Of a stretch of 64,000 bases of DNA, positions 1 through 13,019 are shown one piece after another (positions within the stretch are counted from its first letter, which is position 1; each line of letters starts with the position of its first letter). The notes beneath the pieces are model-generated. The model made no database searches. It saw only the letters and a list, made by a program, of their open reading frames with translations, and was not told where the DNA came from. The DNA comes from the human T2T-CHM13v2.0 reference genome, Homo sapiens. The stretch lies in the NCBI RefSeq assembly GCF_009914755.1, contig NC_060925.1; one strand, written 5' to 3'. The position numbers and the translations under genes are program-made.

Positions 1-169
1 TGGGGTTGCTGAACCAGAAGTTGGAGGGGACTTGTCCTCACTTCACTCCTTCCCTAGGGCCGCAGCAGGCGAACTGAAGACTTTACAAACAAATCCCTAA
101 CACATGGGCACTGGCTTTTCACTGGGGATCTGGGTAGCTGGTTGGCCCTATCCTTGTTAGTTCTCTATT

Positions 170-460
170 GCCCTGATAATAAGGTATCAAACCAGCTTAC
201 AGCAACCATAATTTATTTCTCACGAGTCCATGGGTCATGTGGTCAGTTCTGTTGACCTTGGCTGCGCTTGGGCAGGGGGGATGTTCTTCTGGTCTTGGCT
301 GGAGCTCATTCTTGTATCTGGTGGGCAGCAGGCCATTAGCTCATCTCAGTCAGCCTCAGACACATCTCATCCTCCAGCGACCACCTGAGGCTTGTTCTCC
401 TGGTGTAACAGAGAAGCAAGAGAAGAAGTGGAAATGCGCAAGCACCTTTTCAAGCTTTGG
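170..460 (-). mobile_element. Old MaLR solo LTR (MLT1 family) fragment
   Basis: gcttacagcaaccataatttatttctcac...ctcatcctccagc...ggcttgttctc matches the reverse complement of the MLT1 pattern. Confidence 0.6.
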
Positions 461-629
461 TCAGCATGGGGGGACTACAAAGTTAGGGGCAAAGGGTGTG
501 GATATTCTTCAGTCAGACCTTGCTGCCTTGATTGTGAAAATTCCTATGCTAGGATCGTATCAGGAAGTAGCAAATGTTAGAGTCTGCTGGTCTCCAGTAT
601 TCGTCATTAGTGGAACTGGTGGTTTCTAA

Positions 630-795
630 TTTTTTTGCATATCAAGATCACCTCTGGAGATGTTTCAACATATATCTGCTTAAGAATCACTTCCAGAAGA
701 TCTGCTCCAGTAGTTCTTGCGAGGGTCTAGTCATCTGTATTTTGAAAATGCCCCATGGGGGGCCACGGTAGAGAGACACTCTGGGAAATATTTGG
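630..795. mobile_element. MER5-like hAT-Charlie MITE
   Basis: gatcacctctggag...atctgtattttgaaaatgccccatg pattern. Confidence 0.5.
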
Positions 796-1403
796 TGACT
801 TGAGTGTTTGGTAGATGTTCTGGGGATTCCTAAGCAATGCCAGGATGGCTCCCCAGGGTCTGGAGAACTGGATCTGTGGAGGAGGAGAGGAGAGGGACAA
901 GAGCTTCCACCCAGAGAAGTTGACAGCAGACAGATGTTGCCAGCTGCCAGCTCCTTTGCAGACAGCCCAGGATGAGCTGAGCCCTGGACTTGGGAGCATT
1001 TCCACAAGTTGCTATGTCCTGGCTGTGTGTGGAGAGAACACCTTCCTCACCTGAGACACAACAGAAAGTTGGTTTTGAGATGAATGTGGGGCCGTCACAA
1101 CCAGTTTCAAAAAGTAAAGAAGTCCAGCAGCCCTCATGGCAGCAGGAGAAGAAACCCTAAAACTGTCAGGGACTTTAGGTTGTGTCATTGAGAGGGTCCC
1201 TAAACCTGGCTGTTCCTCACGTTGAATCTGGATTGATGATTAAACATACGACTCCGCAAGGTAGATTCCTATCCACCCAGGATAGTTAATTTTATCTGTC
1301 ACCTTGGCTAGGTCACGGTGCCTAGATATGTGATCAAACATTGTTCTGGTTGTTTCTGTGAGGGTGTATTTTTTGGATGAGGTTAACATTTAAATCAGAC
1401 TTT

Positions 1404-1899
1404 CATTATATGAAAAAGACACATGCACACACATGTTTATAGTAGTATAATTTGTAATTGCAAAATTATGGAACCAACCTAAATGCCCATCAGCCAACGA
1501 GTGGAAAGAAAATGTGGCATGTATACACCATGGAATACTACTTAGCCATGAAATGGAATGAAATAATGAAATAAAGGCCTTTGCGGCAACTTGGATGGAA
1601 CTGGAGGCCATTATTCTAAGTGAAGAAACTCAGGAATGGAAATCCAAATATCATATATTCTCACTTATAAGTGGGAGCTAAGCTATGAGAATGCAAAGGC
1701 ATAAAAATGATATAACGGGCTTTGGGGATTTTGGGGGAAAGGTGGGAGGGGGTGAGGGATAAAAGACTACACGTTGGGTACAGTGTACACTGCTCAGGTG
1801 ATGGGTGCACCAAAATCTCAGAAATCACCACTAAAGAACTTATCCATGTAACCAAACACCACCTGCTCCCCAAAAACTATTGAAATAAAATTTAAAAAA
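1404..1899 (+). mobile_element. 5'-truncated L1 (L1PB-type) 3' end
   Basis: ORF2 C-terminal and 3'UTR motifs (ggaaccaacctaaatgccc, ggatggaactggaggccattattctaagtgaa, ctcacttataagtgggagctaagc), A-rich tail, TSD taaatcagacttt / taaattggacttt. Confidence 0.92.
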
Positions 1900-2154
1900 T
1901 AAATTGGACTTTGAGTAAAGCACATTATCTTTTCTTCTGTGGGTGGGCCTCACTCAATCAGTTGAAGGCCTTACTGGAGCAGAAAGACTGAGCTCTCCTG
2001 AGCAAGAGTGGATTTGGCCAGCAGTCGGCTTTCAGACTTCAACCACAACTTGACTCTTCCGTGGGTCTCTGGCCTGCCAGCCCACTCTGCAGATTTTGAA
2101 CTTACCAAATCTCTACAGTTGCATGAGCCTGTTCCTTAAAATCTCTCTCTTTCT

Positions 2155-2156
<2 letters not shown>

Positions 2157-2193
<37 letters not shown>
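2157..2193 (+). repeat. (CA)n microsatellite
   Basis: Perfect CA run of about 18 units inside MLT2. Confidence 0.95.
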
Positions 2194-2196
<3 letters not shown>

Positions 2197-2809
2197 CTGT
2201 TGGTTCTGTTTTACTGGAGAGCCCTAACTAATGCAGTCCCCTCAATTCTGGTAAGTTCAGGTTCAGCAGGTTTACAGAGAGGCCTGGAACTGCTGTGAAC
2301 CGAACCTTCACAGCAACCCTGTGAGTTGGGTGAAATTATCTGCTCACCAGATGGTCAGTACCTTGTTCAAGGTCACCCAGCTCATAGGTCTGGTCCCAGA
2401 GTCCATGTTCACAGTCCTCAACCCTTGCTGCTTCTAATTCCTCACATTCATAGGAGTCCGTTATTTTCCATAACTTTACAGAGCTTCTTACCACTGCCCT
2501 AGGGGCCAATCTCTGCAGGGCCTGTGAAAAGAATGATGATCGCTCAGGCTCCCCTGTAGTCTGGACCAGATGAAACTAGGCTGGTCCCCTTACTGCATTC
2601 ATCGGCAGAGGCAGAGCAGATTGTCACAGCCTGACCTTCTCAGCAATAAAGATTTAGGGACTCTTGGGAGTTTTGCTATGAGAAGTCACCAAATCATTGA
2701 TTGTTCTGACAGAAACAATTTGGGTTTTCATAATATCCTTCTCCTCTCATTAATGTAACAAGGAACTCTGGGATCGTAGGATGTGTGAGAGGCAGGAAAG
2801 CGTATTGGG

Positions 2810-3200
2810 ATATGGGTTTGGGTCTGTGAGTAACAGAGACCCACTATAACCGTGACTGAAACATGATGGGGCTCACTCTGCCTTGGGAGGCCTGTCCAGG
2901 CTGGAATGGGGTGGGTGGGACTCGGCCTCACAAAGCTGTCTAGAGACCCAGGCTCCTCCCATCTTTGGAGCTCTGTCATTTTCAGGGAATTTCCTTGTCC
3001 ATGTGGACCATGAGGACATCACATCATGACCTCCTTTCAAGTAGCAGGATGGAGGAGGCAAGAGGAAAAGGGCCATTTCTTTGAAGGAAGTGACCCAGAA
3101 GTCACACACACCACTTCTCTTTAACTGTTTGGCCAGATCTTAGGCAAATGGCAGAATCTAGTCTTGATTCTGTGGGGCTGTGTGCTCAGCTCAACATCAG
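2810..3200 (-). mobile_element. Old MaLR LTR (MLT1K/L-like)
   Basis: gtaacagagacccac...gacccaggctcctccc...aaggaagtgacccagaagtcacacac...ttggccaga. Confidence 0.6.
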
Positions 3201-3569
3201 GGACTTTATTCCAGAGAAATGGGAGTGAGGACTTAGGAGGACGGCTGCAGATCTCTGTCTCATGGAGGAAGTCGGTCAGCAGCGCAGCCTGTGCAGGGCA
3301 CACAGCCACTGATGTGCACTCTGGAAAACTAAGGGCAGGAATGTGAGGTGGGAGAGGAGCAAGACGAGGTGTCACAGGTTGAATGATATTAAGTGGGACC
3401 TGGAGGAGGCTGGGCATTGTATGGGTTGTGGGGAGCTGGGAAGTGCTGGCTGTTGGCTTTGATGGAACAGCCCAATAGGTACCAATCTGAATTTATTCAT
3501 TCTTTCAACTGGAATTCATTTAGCACCTACCATGTACATAGTTGGTTGTTATGTGCTGAAGGGGATAAA

Positions 3570-3571
<2 letters not shown>

Positions 3572-3596
<25 letters not shown>
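3572..3596 (+). repeat. (TG)n microsatellite
   Basis: Perfect TG run of about 12 units. Confidence 0.95.
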
Positions 3597-3601
<5 letters not shown>

Positions 3602-4029
3602 GTGTGTCAGTTGTGAAGACATGCTCAGTACAGCTAAAAGAAATCTTGCTTTTTCTCTGCATTCCTGCCTGAGAGTCCCTCAAAGCGCTGATCACCTAGC
3701 ACCTTATATGATAGTTGCCTGGACATGTATTTTACACAGTTGTATTCTTGAAGACAAGGATACCGTCCTTCTGGTTTCTGCAACTGCTACATTGCTTAGC
3801 ATGGTGTCAGATGCATGTTAGCTAGCTGCAAAGTTTAGTCAACACGAGACTGGCAACCACAAATACCATGGGCTATGATTTTCATAATGCGTGAGCAGGA
3901 ATTCCCACTGCTGAGCATGGGATAAAGGCATGTGGAGAAGACCAGAGAAAGGCCATGACAGGTGTGACGTGCTTGTCACATCAGAGCACCCTCAGTGCCC
4001 AGTGGGGGAGCATTGTAGTGGACCTAGTT

Positions 4030-4195
4030 AGAGCGCTAGTTTGCAACCTTGGCTGTACGCCGAAATTGCTTGCGGAGGTTAAAAAATCCTGCTGCCTTTG
4101 TCCCGCCCCCCGGAATTTCTGAAGTGCAGCTTGGCACTTGTTTTTTTAACAGCTCTCCAGATGATTCTAATGTGTAGCCAAGCTGAGGATCACTG
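4030..4195. mobile_element. MER5A-like MITE
   Basis: caaccttggctgtac...taacagctctccagatgattctaatgtgtagccaagctgaggatcactg. Confidence 0.7.
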
Positions 4196-6194
4196 AGTGG
4201 GAGAATAGTGCAGGTGGGGAGGCATTTTCACTCTCTCCGTTCTCCAGGGTATGATTTAGAGAGCCGTAATTTTCAAAATGGTAGCAGAGTAAAAGCAATA
4301 ATTTGCCAACAGGTGCCCAAGTGGACTGAAGGAGTTACTTCCTAAATTCCAGGGAGATGGTCAGCCCAGTGGGATGACTCATTGCAAGTCATCCACGAGC
4401 CACGTGCTTTTCATGGTGGGAACTCTGCTTCCAGATGCTTCATTTTCCAGAATGTGATGAGAAGTAAAGATTCTGTTTTTCAACCCCCAGAATGCTCACC
4501 CTTCCAGGCACTCATTCTTGCCCTTTTCCAAATTGCTGAAGAAGCAAGAAACATTTCTGGGTCCTGTTTCTGGGCCACAAAATGGGCCAATCTTACAAAT
4601 CCTAATAACCTCTTATTCTTGGTTGCATTATCCAGTCTCTGCCTCTCACTCTTTCCAACTCCTACTGCCCCTCTCTAAAGGTAAAACCATGCCAGCCTGT
4701 ACCTAGGTGGGGACAATAAGAGAGAATTCCTCTGAGCTCCCAGCTTGTGCTGAATTAATTCGCATGCTCCAGACATATCTTCTCCCCACGGAAAAGCTGC
4801 ATTGCCGAGTTATCATGCTGGCTCCATTTGTAACTTCTATGGGACTTGTTATTCCTTAAGCAATTTGGGGCATTGGTCCTCCTCCAGAACTGAGTTTCAC
4901 TGGCTCTGATTTCTGAGCTGTCTGTGTGGCACAGACAATTACACAACTCATGGAGTTTTGTTTCATTAGGATAAGACCCAGCAGTAGACAAGAAAATGCA
5001 CTGAATAAGTTAAATGTGCTATACAAATGCAAAGTGCCATTATTATAAAGGGACAGAAAAGCCATCCTGTTTCCTTTCTGTATCAGCCAAATGGTCAAAG
5101 CAATGATGAGATTCTGGAGGACAATGATCACCGATTATAGCACAAGGAGGTAGGCGGGGAACACGCAGCAAGAACAGCTCTGCTATTGTGGCCTTTTAGT
5201 GGTGACATCACTGCTGTTACCACTCAGCGCACCAGCATAAGGTAGCACCAGTGCCACTGGTGTCCTGGTGGGAACCAAATAAAGGAACCACTTAGGCAGG
5301 GTGTACTGATAAATGACAAACTATATGTCTTCTGAGAGAAACTGTAGAAGTCTCTGCATGAGCTAGACTTTAATACATGCCATTGGGTACTTCACATTTT
5401 TTGACAGTGGTGATACCAATTGCCAATGCTGGGTCATTCTGAGTTATTGATAATGTATTTCAAGCACACATATTCTGGGCTTTAAAAGGAAGGTAGGTAT
5501 AGGTGGAATTCAGAAGGTATAATAATTTGTAAAAAGCGTGCTTTCCTTAGCAGACTAGAAGATGAGTAAGGGCACTAATTGTGAATCTGGTTCACTTGCG
5601 GAACTCTGCCTGCAGCCAGCGCAGCACATAGCCAGTAATGCTTTGCTGATGGAATGAATGAATGAATGAATGAGTGGAACAAACTCCATGGTGACTGCTA
5701 CATGCTTTACATGTGCTACATGCTTTACAAGTGTTTCACTTGTTCTTACCACACTGCTGTGATGTGGAGATGGGGAGCTGAGAGGTCACTTAGTAAGTGC
5801 AGGGTCTGGATTCACACCCAAATCCCTGCCCTTTCTGATAGTCCTTATGTTCCATGCTCTAGGGATTGAAGACACGTTTCCCTACTTTTCCCAGAATACT
5901 TCCACATCTTTGAGTTTTTCAGAGCAAGCTTGGCACCATCCCTGGACATTCCCGGGCATAACCATTCCCAGGATCCACCATTAGCCTCATGCGGATGGGC
6001 CCTGTTCTCTTCTCTAGTCTGACTACCATCTCTTCTCCACTGATTCTCACCCTCCAAGTCAAAAATGGGCTAAGAAGTTTTGACCAAAGGCATTGTTTCA
6101 ACCTCAAGAGACTGTTGAAACTGATGTCTTGAGAGAAAGAACCTTCAGAGGACACTGTACCCCCTTCTCCTGGCCCTTCGGCAGCTGAATGTCA

Positions 6195-7204
6195 GCCAGG
6201 GGTGCCATAACACAGCAGCTGGGTGGCTTTAGCCACAGGCATTCTTCTTCTCACAGGTCTGGAGGCTAGAAGTACTAGATCAACGTGTCGGCAGGGTTGG
6301 TTCCTTCTGAGGGTTCTCTGCTTGGCTTGTGTATGGCCACCTTCTCACTGTCTCCACGTGATCATTCCTCTGTGTGTCCGTGTCCTAATTTCCTCTTCTT
6401 TAAGGACACTAGTCATACCAGGTTAGGGTCTATAGGGTAAATCCATCTGACAGCAATAATTTAAGCATACCTTTAGAATGGCCCTATATGGCAGATGCAT
6501 CTGAATGTGTGTTCCAAGCTGGGGAACCTGTGTGTGGCCAACCCAGAGATTCATACCTTATCTATGATAAAAATCTGAGCCCCTCACCCCCTACCTGTCC
6601 CACTTGTCAGGGACATGCACTGCACAGGGGATTGAGGCCCTGAGCTTTGGGTTGAATGAAGGTTGCCATGTGGGGGTCATTAGGGGAGAGTGTTAAATGA
6701 AAATGTCTTATAAGCTGCATGATGTTTGCAGGAGGTTGTGGTTTTCTTGCCTGCCCTGCTTCCACTGGGCCCTGCGGTTATCTTGTCTGGCCCACCGCCT
6801 ACTGGACTGTAGGAAGGTGGATGTGTTGTCCAGCCCACTGCCACTGCACTGTAGGAAGGCGGATATTTTGTCCAGCCCATCACCGCTGGACCATTTCTGT
6901 ATATAAGGTAGTTCTCCTGTCCAGCTTGCCACCACTGGACTCTCTCCCCTGTATGGAGGCCACTAATAAAACCCCACGTCTTGTTTGCTAGCTCTGGGTC
7001 TCTTCTTCAGACTCTTGAATCTGGTACCCTCCCTAGTGAGGTTAATAGGGTCTTGGCAATAATAGGGCCCACCCTAATGACCACATTTAACCTAATTGCT
7101 TCTTTGAAGACTCTGTCTCCAAATACTTACTGTCCCATTCTGAGGTACTGGGAGTTAGGGCTTCCACGTATAAAATTTGGGAGGACATGTTTCAGTCTGC
7201 AACA
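6195..7204 (-). mobile_element. MLT1A/B-like MaLR LTR split by an LTR insertion at 6431-7064
   Basis: ctcacaggtctggaggctagaagt...aaggacactagtcat | gggcccaccctaatgacc...tgaggtactgggagttaggg. The two halves are collinear. Confidence 0.85.
6431..7064 (+). mobile_element. ERVL-class solo LTR (MER54-like; family uncertain)
   Basis: 5-bp TSD gggtc/gggcc, TATA-like tatataag at ~6900, AATAAA at 6965-6970, internal ~42-bp tandem repeats. Confidence 0.75.
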
Positions 7205-7940
7205 GGATCTCTGCACTAGAGAAGAGTTTTCATGGAAACAACATCCCATTGGCTAGGAGAAATGATTTACCTGCCCTTGAATTCTGTTCTTTGGTGAATG
7301 GCAAATAGAGTGAATAGTGAGTTTCTGGGTTTTAATTTTCCTAGCACTTTCTCATTATCCCAGATGTGCTTTAGAGAAAGAAAGGGCAAGACTTGGATCC
7401 TCTTTCATTGGGTTTTATTGTGTTTATCAAGATCAAAAGCAAAGTTATCCTCAGTAAAGTCTGTGAAGACTTTCTCCCATCATTCTCCTGGAGAAAGGGC
7501 CCAAACAGAAGGGACTGGGTCCTGCCTCTCCATGCTACCACACCTCTTGCAGGGAGCAGAGTGCAGAGCCTGTCCCCTGGACCTAGATGGTTGGCTCAAC
7601 ACATGTTGGACAGGGCATGGGTCATTCGTCATTCTAATTAGCTCCAGTGCCTGTTTCCCCAGCAGGCACAGAGTCAGGACAAAATCCACATCTGCCATGT
7701 GAACTTCTGCAGAGGTGCCACTTGCTGAGTAGGGCCAAAGTCATGTAATTATTGTAATTATTTTTGTTTATGGGATGTCCCTTCCCAGGAGATCCCAGGC
7801 ACTTCACTGCCCAGAAGTTGTCACTTGAGAGCAGGACAGCATTGACCCATGCTGGGGCTGAAGGAAGTGATGAAGGGCCCTGACCACCCATGGTGCTATG
7901 CTGGCTGCCCGGAAGCCATGGCATGCATAAGCTTCTGGAG

Positions 7941-7959
7941 AGGCCACTAGGGGGTGTCA
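7941..7959 (+). promoter_or_regulatory. Candidate CTCF motif AGGCCACTAGGGGGTGTCA
   Basis: Matches the CCASYAGRKGGC core at 11/12, with a C>T at the CpG position. Lies in non-repeat sequence. Confidence 0.4.
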
Positions 7960-8059
7960 CACTGCTATGCAGAGAGTGGAAGGGGGGCTCGGGTTCTTTT
8001 TTTTTTTTTTTGCTGGAGGAGGCGAGGTTAGCTAGACATGGAAGATTGGTTCTCAGTGG

Positions 8060-8420
8060 CTATCTTTGTGCTGCTATAACAAAATACCCTAGACTCAGTG
8101 GCTTAACAACACAAATGTATCTCTCACAGCTCTGGAGGCTGGGAAGTCCAAGATTAAGGTGCCAGACAATTCAGCATCTGTAGAGGGCCACTTCCTGGTT
8201 CATAGACAGCTGTCTTCTTGCTGCAGCCTTACATGGTGGAGGGGCAAGCTCTCTCTGCACCCTTTATCAGGACACTAATCCCATTCACGAGGGCTCCACC
8301 CTCATGTTGTCATCTAATCCTAATCAACTCCCAGAGACCCCACTTCCTAACACCATCACATTAGGGGGTAGCGTTTCAACATGTGAATTTTATGGGGAGA
8401 TGAACATTCAGCTCGCAACA
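8060..8420 (-). mobile_element. MST/MLT1A-type MaLR solo LTR
   Basis: tgctgctataacaaaatacc...ctctggaggctgggaagtccaagat...gagggctccaccctcatg...aacattcagctcgcaaca. Confidence 0.9.
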
Positions 8421-8444
8421 GAGGCTTAAGTGTTTTTTTCTATA

Positions 8445-8660
8445 ACAACATTTATTAAGGTATTATATGTGGTATAATATGCCAGACGTTGTACAAAGTG
8501 CTTGGTTGGATGATCTCACTCGCGACAGCCCTGGGATGTAGACATCGTTATGGTCCCCTTTACACTGAGGAGGAAATTGAGGGACAGAGAAGTTAAGTAA
8601 CATAAGCTAGTACATGCAAAGCTGGGGTTTAAATCCAGGCAGTCTTTCCTTGGAGCATGC
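8445..8660 (-). mobile_element. MIR SINE
   Basis: MIR core gaggaaattgagggacagagaagttaagtaac. Confidence 0.8.
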
Positions 8661-8689
8661 TATTTCATTTTTCGTTATTAATTGTTTCA

Positions 8690-9290
8690 GTTATAAAAAT
8701 AATATGTTCATATTTTCACTAGTAAAATGATGCAAAGTTGATATGAAGAAAATATTAATAAGCTGCCCCACCCTTGTCCTTCCTAACTCTCTGACATAAA
8801 AGCTGGGTTTGTATCCTCCCGTCATGCTGTATCTCCACTTGCATTTAGATAGACAAATACATGTATGCACAGATATACACTCCAGCTCAGTTTTTTTTTT
8901 GTTTCTCTTTCCTAATAATGGAAAAGTTGTTTTCCTATAACTAGTTTTTTCCCCACATACCATTACATCACCGATACCCTTGTAGGTCAATAGCTATAGG
9001 TTTCTCTTAAAAATAATTACACAAGCTTTCATAATATTCCATAGTACACACAATTTATTTAGCCATTTTCATATTTATAGACCTTATGTATGTTTTCAGT
9101 TCTGTTTATTTGGCCCCAACCCTGCAGTAAATACCTTTGTGGGCTTATATCCCAGGAGTGGGATCGTCAGGCAAGAGGGTATATAAATTTATACTTTTCT
9201 TAAAATTGTCAGATTACTTTCTCAGACAGGTCAAAGCAGATGTATTCCCACCAGCAGTATAAGAGAGTGTCTGTTTCCCCACACCAGCGT
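8690..9290 (-). mobile_element. Old L1M (L1ME-like) fragment
   Basis: ataatattccatagtac...cccaggagtgggat...tcccaccagcagtataagagagtgtctgtttccccacac. Confidence 0.7.
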
Positions 9291-9412
9291 CACCATGACT
9301 GGATGCTCCAGGGTGCAGGCTGGCCTGTTGCAGAGGCGGCCTTCTGTCCTCAGCCCCAGGCGCAGCCCAAGGTAGATGCAGAATTGAGCAGTCAGGAACT
9401 TCTTCTCAGAGA

Positions 9413-9592
9413 CCAGCTTTCTCAATCTCAGCAGCACATTTCAACCCACTGGGGGACGTTTAAAACCCAAGGATCCAGATGCAGGACCCCACCCCCAGAG
9501 AGTCTCACCTGATTGGTCAAGGGGGCACAGACCGTGGTGTTTTCAAAAGCTCTCAGAGGATTCTGATGGCCTGCCAAGGTGGAGACTTCTAC
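9413..9592. mobile_element. MER5A-like MITE
   Basis: ttctcaatctcagcagcacatt...ccccacccccagag...tttcaaaagctctcagaggattctgatg. Confidence 0.75.
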
Positions 9593-10137
9593 TAGAGACC
9601 TTGCAGACACCAAGATCCTAACTTCTCTTTCCCCTCTCTTCCCTTCCCTCTCATTTCTTCCCCACTCCTCGGGCCCTGTCCTTGCTGGTCGGGGGAGACT
9701 TCGCTGAGATAGTATCCTCTACCTTTACTGTCCTGGGCCTGCAGAAACACATTGGTTGTAAGGGCTAGCTTTTAATTTCCATGTCCGAACCTCATCATTG
9801 AATTGGAAACTCAGGAGGTGAGGTTAGGGCCTCAGCATTTTATAAATGCTGCCAAGATAGCTCCAGTATGCAGGCAGAGGCAAACCATTGCCCTGTTTTT
9901 TTCCAGAGCAGGAAACACTTCTGACCTCTCAAGGTCCATCTGTCCTGGCTGGTCAAAACCTTTTTTCTACCTGTTGGAGGGGCCAGATTTTGAGGAGCCA
10001 GTGACCTAGTGTCTGTGCATCCCACGTGGGCCTGCACTCATGAGGGCAGAGGGCTGGCCAAGGTAGACGTGACCACCGGACCAGCTGAGCCACGATGGGC
10101 AGCTTGAATGTGTTAATGAACATGAAGCCTGCTTAGC

Positions 10138-10320
10138 AGAGGGGCTCAAACTTTGCCGCACATTAGAATCACCTGGGGGAAATTTTAAAAATCCTGATGC
10201 CCAGAATTCATCCCAAACCAATTAAGTCATAATCTCTGGGGTGAGACTCAGCATCAGTATTTTACAAAGCTCCCCAAGTGACTCCACTGTGCAGCTAAGT
10301 TGGAAAAATCAGTGCCCTAG
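10138..10320. mobile_element. MER5A MITE
   Basis: ctcaaactttgccgcacattagaatcacctgggg...ttttacaaagctccccaagtgactcc. Confidence 0.85.
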
Positions 10321-11619
10321 GGAGCATTTTGCAGTGTTAGTTATCATGGTTAGGGCGCTGAGTTTCATCAGCCTGGCTGTGCTGATGGGGAGCTACTGCT
10401 TTCCTATTAGCATTGCTGCCTTTACCTGCCTGGTTGCCTCTTTCAAGCCTCCCTACCCAGTTCTTGAGCTAAGAATAGAGTTTCCAAAGCAATTTGTTTC
10501 CTAAAAGATAGAAGTTCATCTTTTTTCATGAGGCAAAAATATTCCTAGTATTTTTATACATGTGAACATTTCCTGGTTCTGCAGGATTCTGTTGACTCTG
10601 TTAGCCCCATCACCCACTGCCAGCTCATTCAGCCCGCAGCAGGTATTTAGGCAGAACAAGATGAGCACCTGCATATTCTCCCTGCAGCACACCTGAGTCG
10701 CTGCTGCTCTGCAGGCCTCCCACCTCAGCCTACGACGTATTCCAACTCAAAGGGAGCAACGGTGCACCAATCATGCGATGAATGAGGCCAGAGTTTCATT
10801 GGATTGGATTCTGTAATACATCTCTCAGAGGTGCGCCTTTGGTGGAGTGAGAACATGAACTACTGTTCAGGAGGTAGGGGCATGGACCACACCAGTGCAC
10901 ACTGCAGGTAGTAAGGTGCAGGGTGGCAGGTGGAAGGACGGTGTGTGTCCTGCCTGGTGTGAGCAGGCTGCATCACCTACAGAGCAGGACCTCCATGAGT
11001 CTCAGGTCATCAAAGAGGAGTGGAGACACAGCCCCTTCTCTCCTAGAAGCAGAGGCACGGGAACAATGAGAAGGCTCTCTCCAGGGCAGTGTGGCCCTGC
11101 AGGGTCCTAACAGCTCTGAAAGCCAGCAGGGGCTCTCTGCAAAAGCTAAAGTCAGCAGCAGATGATATGATGCAGGATTATGCACATTCGAATCCCCTGG
11201 GGAGCTTTTAAAACCCAGGGATCCAGAGGCAGGGAGCCATCCCCTGAGTCTCATTTAACATTTTATTTTGAAAAATGTCAAATATAAGGGGATGTTGGAA
11301 GAGCAGCACAATGAACACCCACGTAGCCTTCACCAAGATCCGCCGCTTATTCAGTTTGCCACATTTGCCTTCTCAGCTCTTCCCCATCCCCCGTGTATGT
11401 ACAGCACATACTTTTTTTTTGCTGGACCATTTAATTGTATACATCATGGATCTGCATCCCCAAATACATCCTCCGACATAACCACAATACCATTGTCACA
11501 CCAAAGAACATGGCTATAATATTGTCACCTAGTCATAGTCACATTTCCCCTAGTTTCCCTATAGTATTCTTTATAGTTGTTGTTGTTGCTTTTTAAATTC
11601 AGGATCCAATCAAAAATCA

Positions 11620-11934
<315 letters not shown>

Positions 11935-12584
11935 AAATCAGACATTGCATCTAGTTGTTGTGTTTCCCATAGTTTCCTTTAATCTAGAACCATTCTCCAC
12001 TTTTTTCATGACACTGACCTCTTCTGAAGAGTGCCGAATGCAGGTAGTTTTTAAAAGTTCCCCATGTATTTCTAATGAGCAGCAGGATTAGGAAGCACTG
12101 CAATCAAAGGCTGCATGCTTTGCTTTCCCCATATAAATATGTGGGCAAATGAACAGGAAGCCGGGCGCTGGCCTGGAGCCCCCTTCATTCTTGGGAAGAG
12201 CCGCATGTGCCTTCCATGCACAGCCCTGGCCCCTTTCCACAGTGGTGTTTAGTTTTAGTTATGCAGAGTCACAAGCCACTCTGATCAATACCTTTTCTGG
12301 TGGCTCAGCACCTTCACCTCTTCTTTTCCCCTCCCTCCTGGGATCCCCTGCTCCCATTCTGTGATTTTTGTGCTGGATGTTCAAGGTATTGAACCTGTGA
12401 TAGGAATTGCTTGAGCAACCTCACAGAGGACCGTGAAGGGAGGGGACATGGTGGTGTCTGTTCTCTCTGTAGCAGCAGCAGTGAGGGGTTGTTGTGAATG
12501 TTCTGCAGAGAGGGATGTCTCTCCCAGGCTGCCATAGTACCCTGCTCCAGCCACACTGAATTAAGCACCATTCACTTGCCCTTC

Positions 12585-12673
12585 ATCTTCCTTCTTCCTT
12601 CACTTTTTTTTCTCTTTCTCTTTTTCTTTTCTTTTCTCTCTTTCTTTTCTTTTTTTTCTTTTTTTTTTTTTTT
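12585..12673 (+). repeat. T/C-rich low-complexity tract
   Basis: Near-pure polypyrimidine with a long T run. Confidence 0.9.
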
Positions 12674-13019
12674 GAGCTGAACCTACCCATTCTTTAAGAC
12701 TCAGCTCACATCGTCACTTCGGGGAAGCCTTTTGCTTCCTTCCTCAGTTGGAGTCTGTGTGCTTCTGGGGGCTCCCCTAGCACCCCAGGCTGATGACTAC
12801 TCTAGCACTTACTAGGCAGCACTGCATTTTTCTTTCCGCAGCTAGACCAGGAGCTGCCAGAGGACAGGGACTGAGTCTGTTATGAGTCCAACACCAGTGC
12901 CCGCACATTGTAGGTGTCCAGTAAATGTTTGGTGAATGAAAGCAAAAGAGGTGTGTTCAGTTCTGAGAATTCTACAGTCACAGTTCTCCAGGTTACAATA
13001 ATAGAATATTAGGGCTAGG

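Larger units (their letters stand above)
1280..2236 (+). mobile_element. MLT2 (ERVL) solo LTR, interrupted by an L1 at 1404-1899
   Basis: gatagttaattttatctgtcaccttggctagg...gtgagggtgtatttt...gtgggtgggcctcactcaatcagttgaaggcc...ggagagccctaactaatgca. Confidence 0.85.

Noticed and set aside
6780-6945. CRISPR-like repeat-spacer appearance
   Set aside because: Degenerate tandem repeats inside a mammalian LTR, with no unique spacers and no cas genes.
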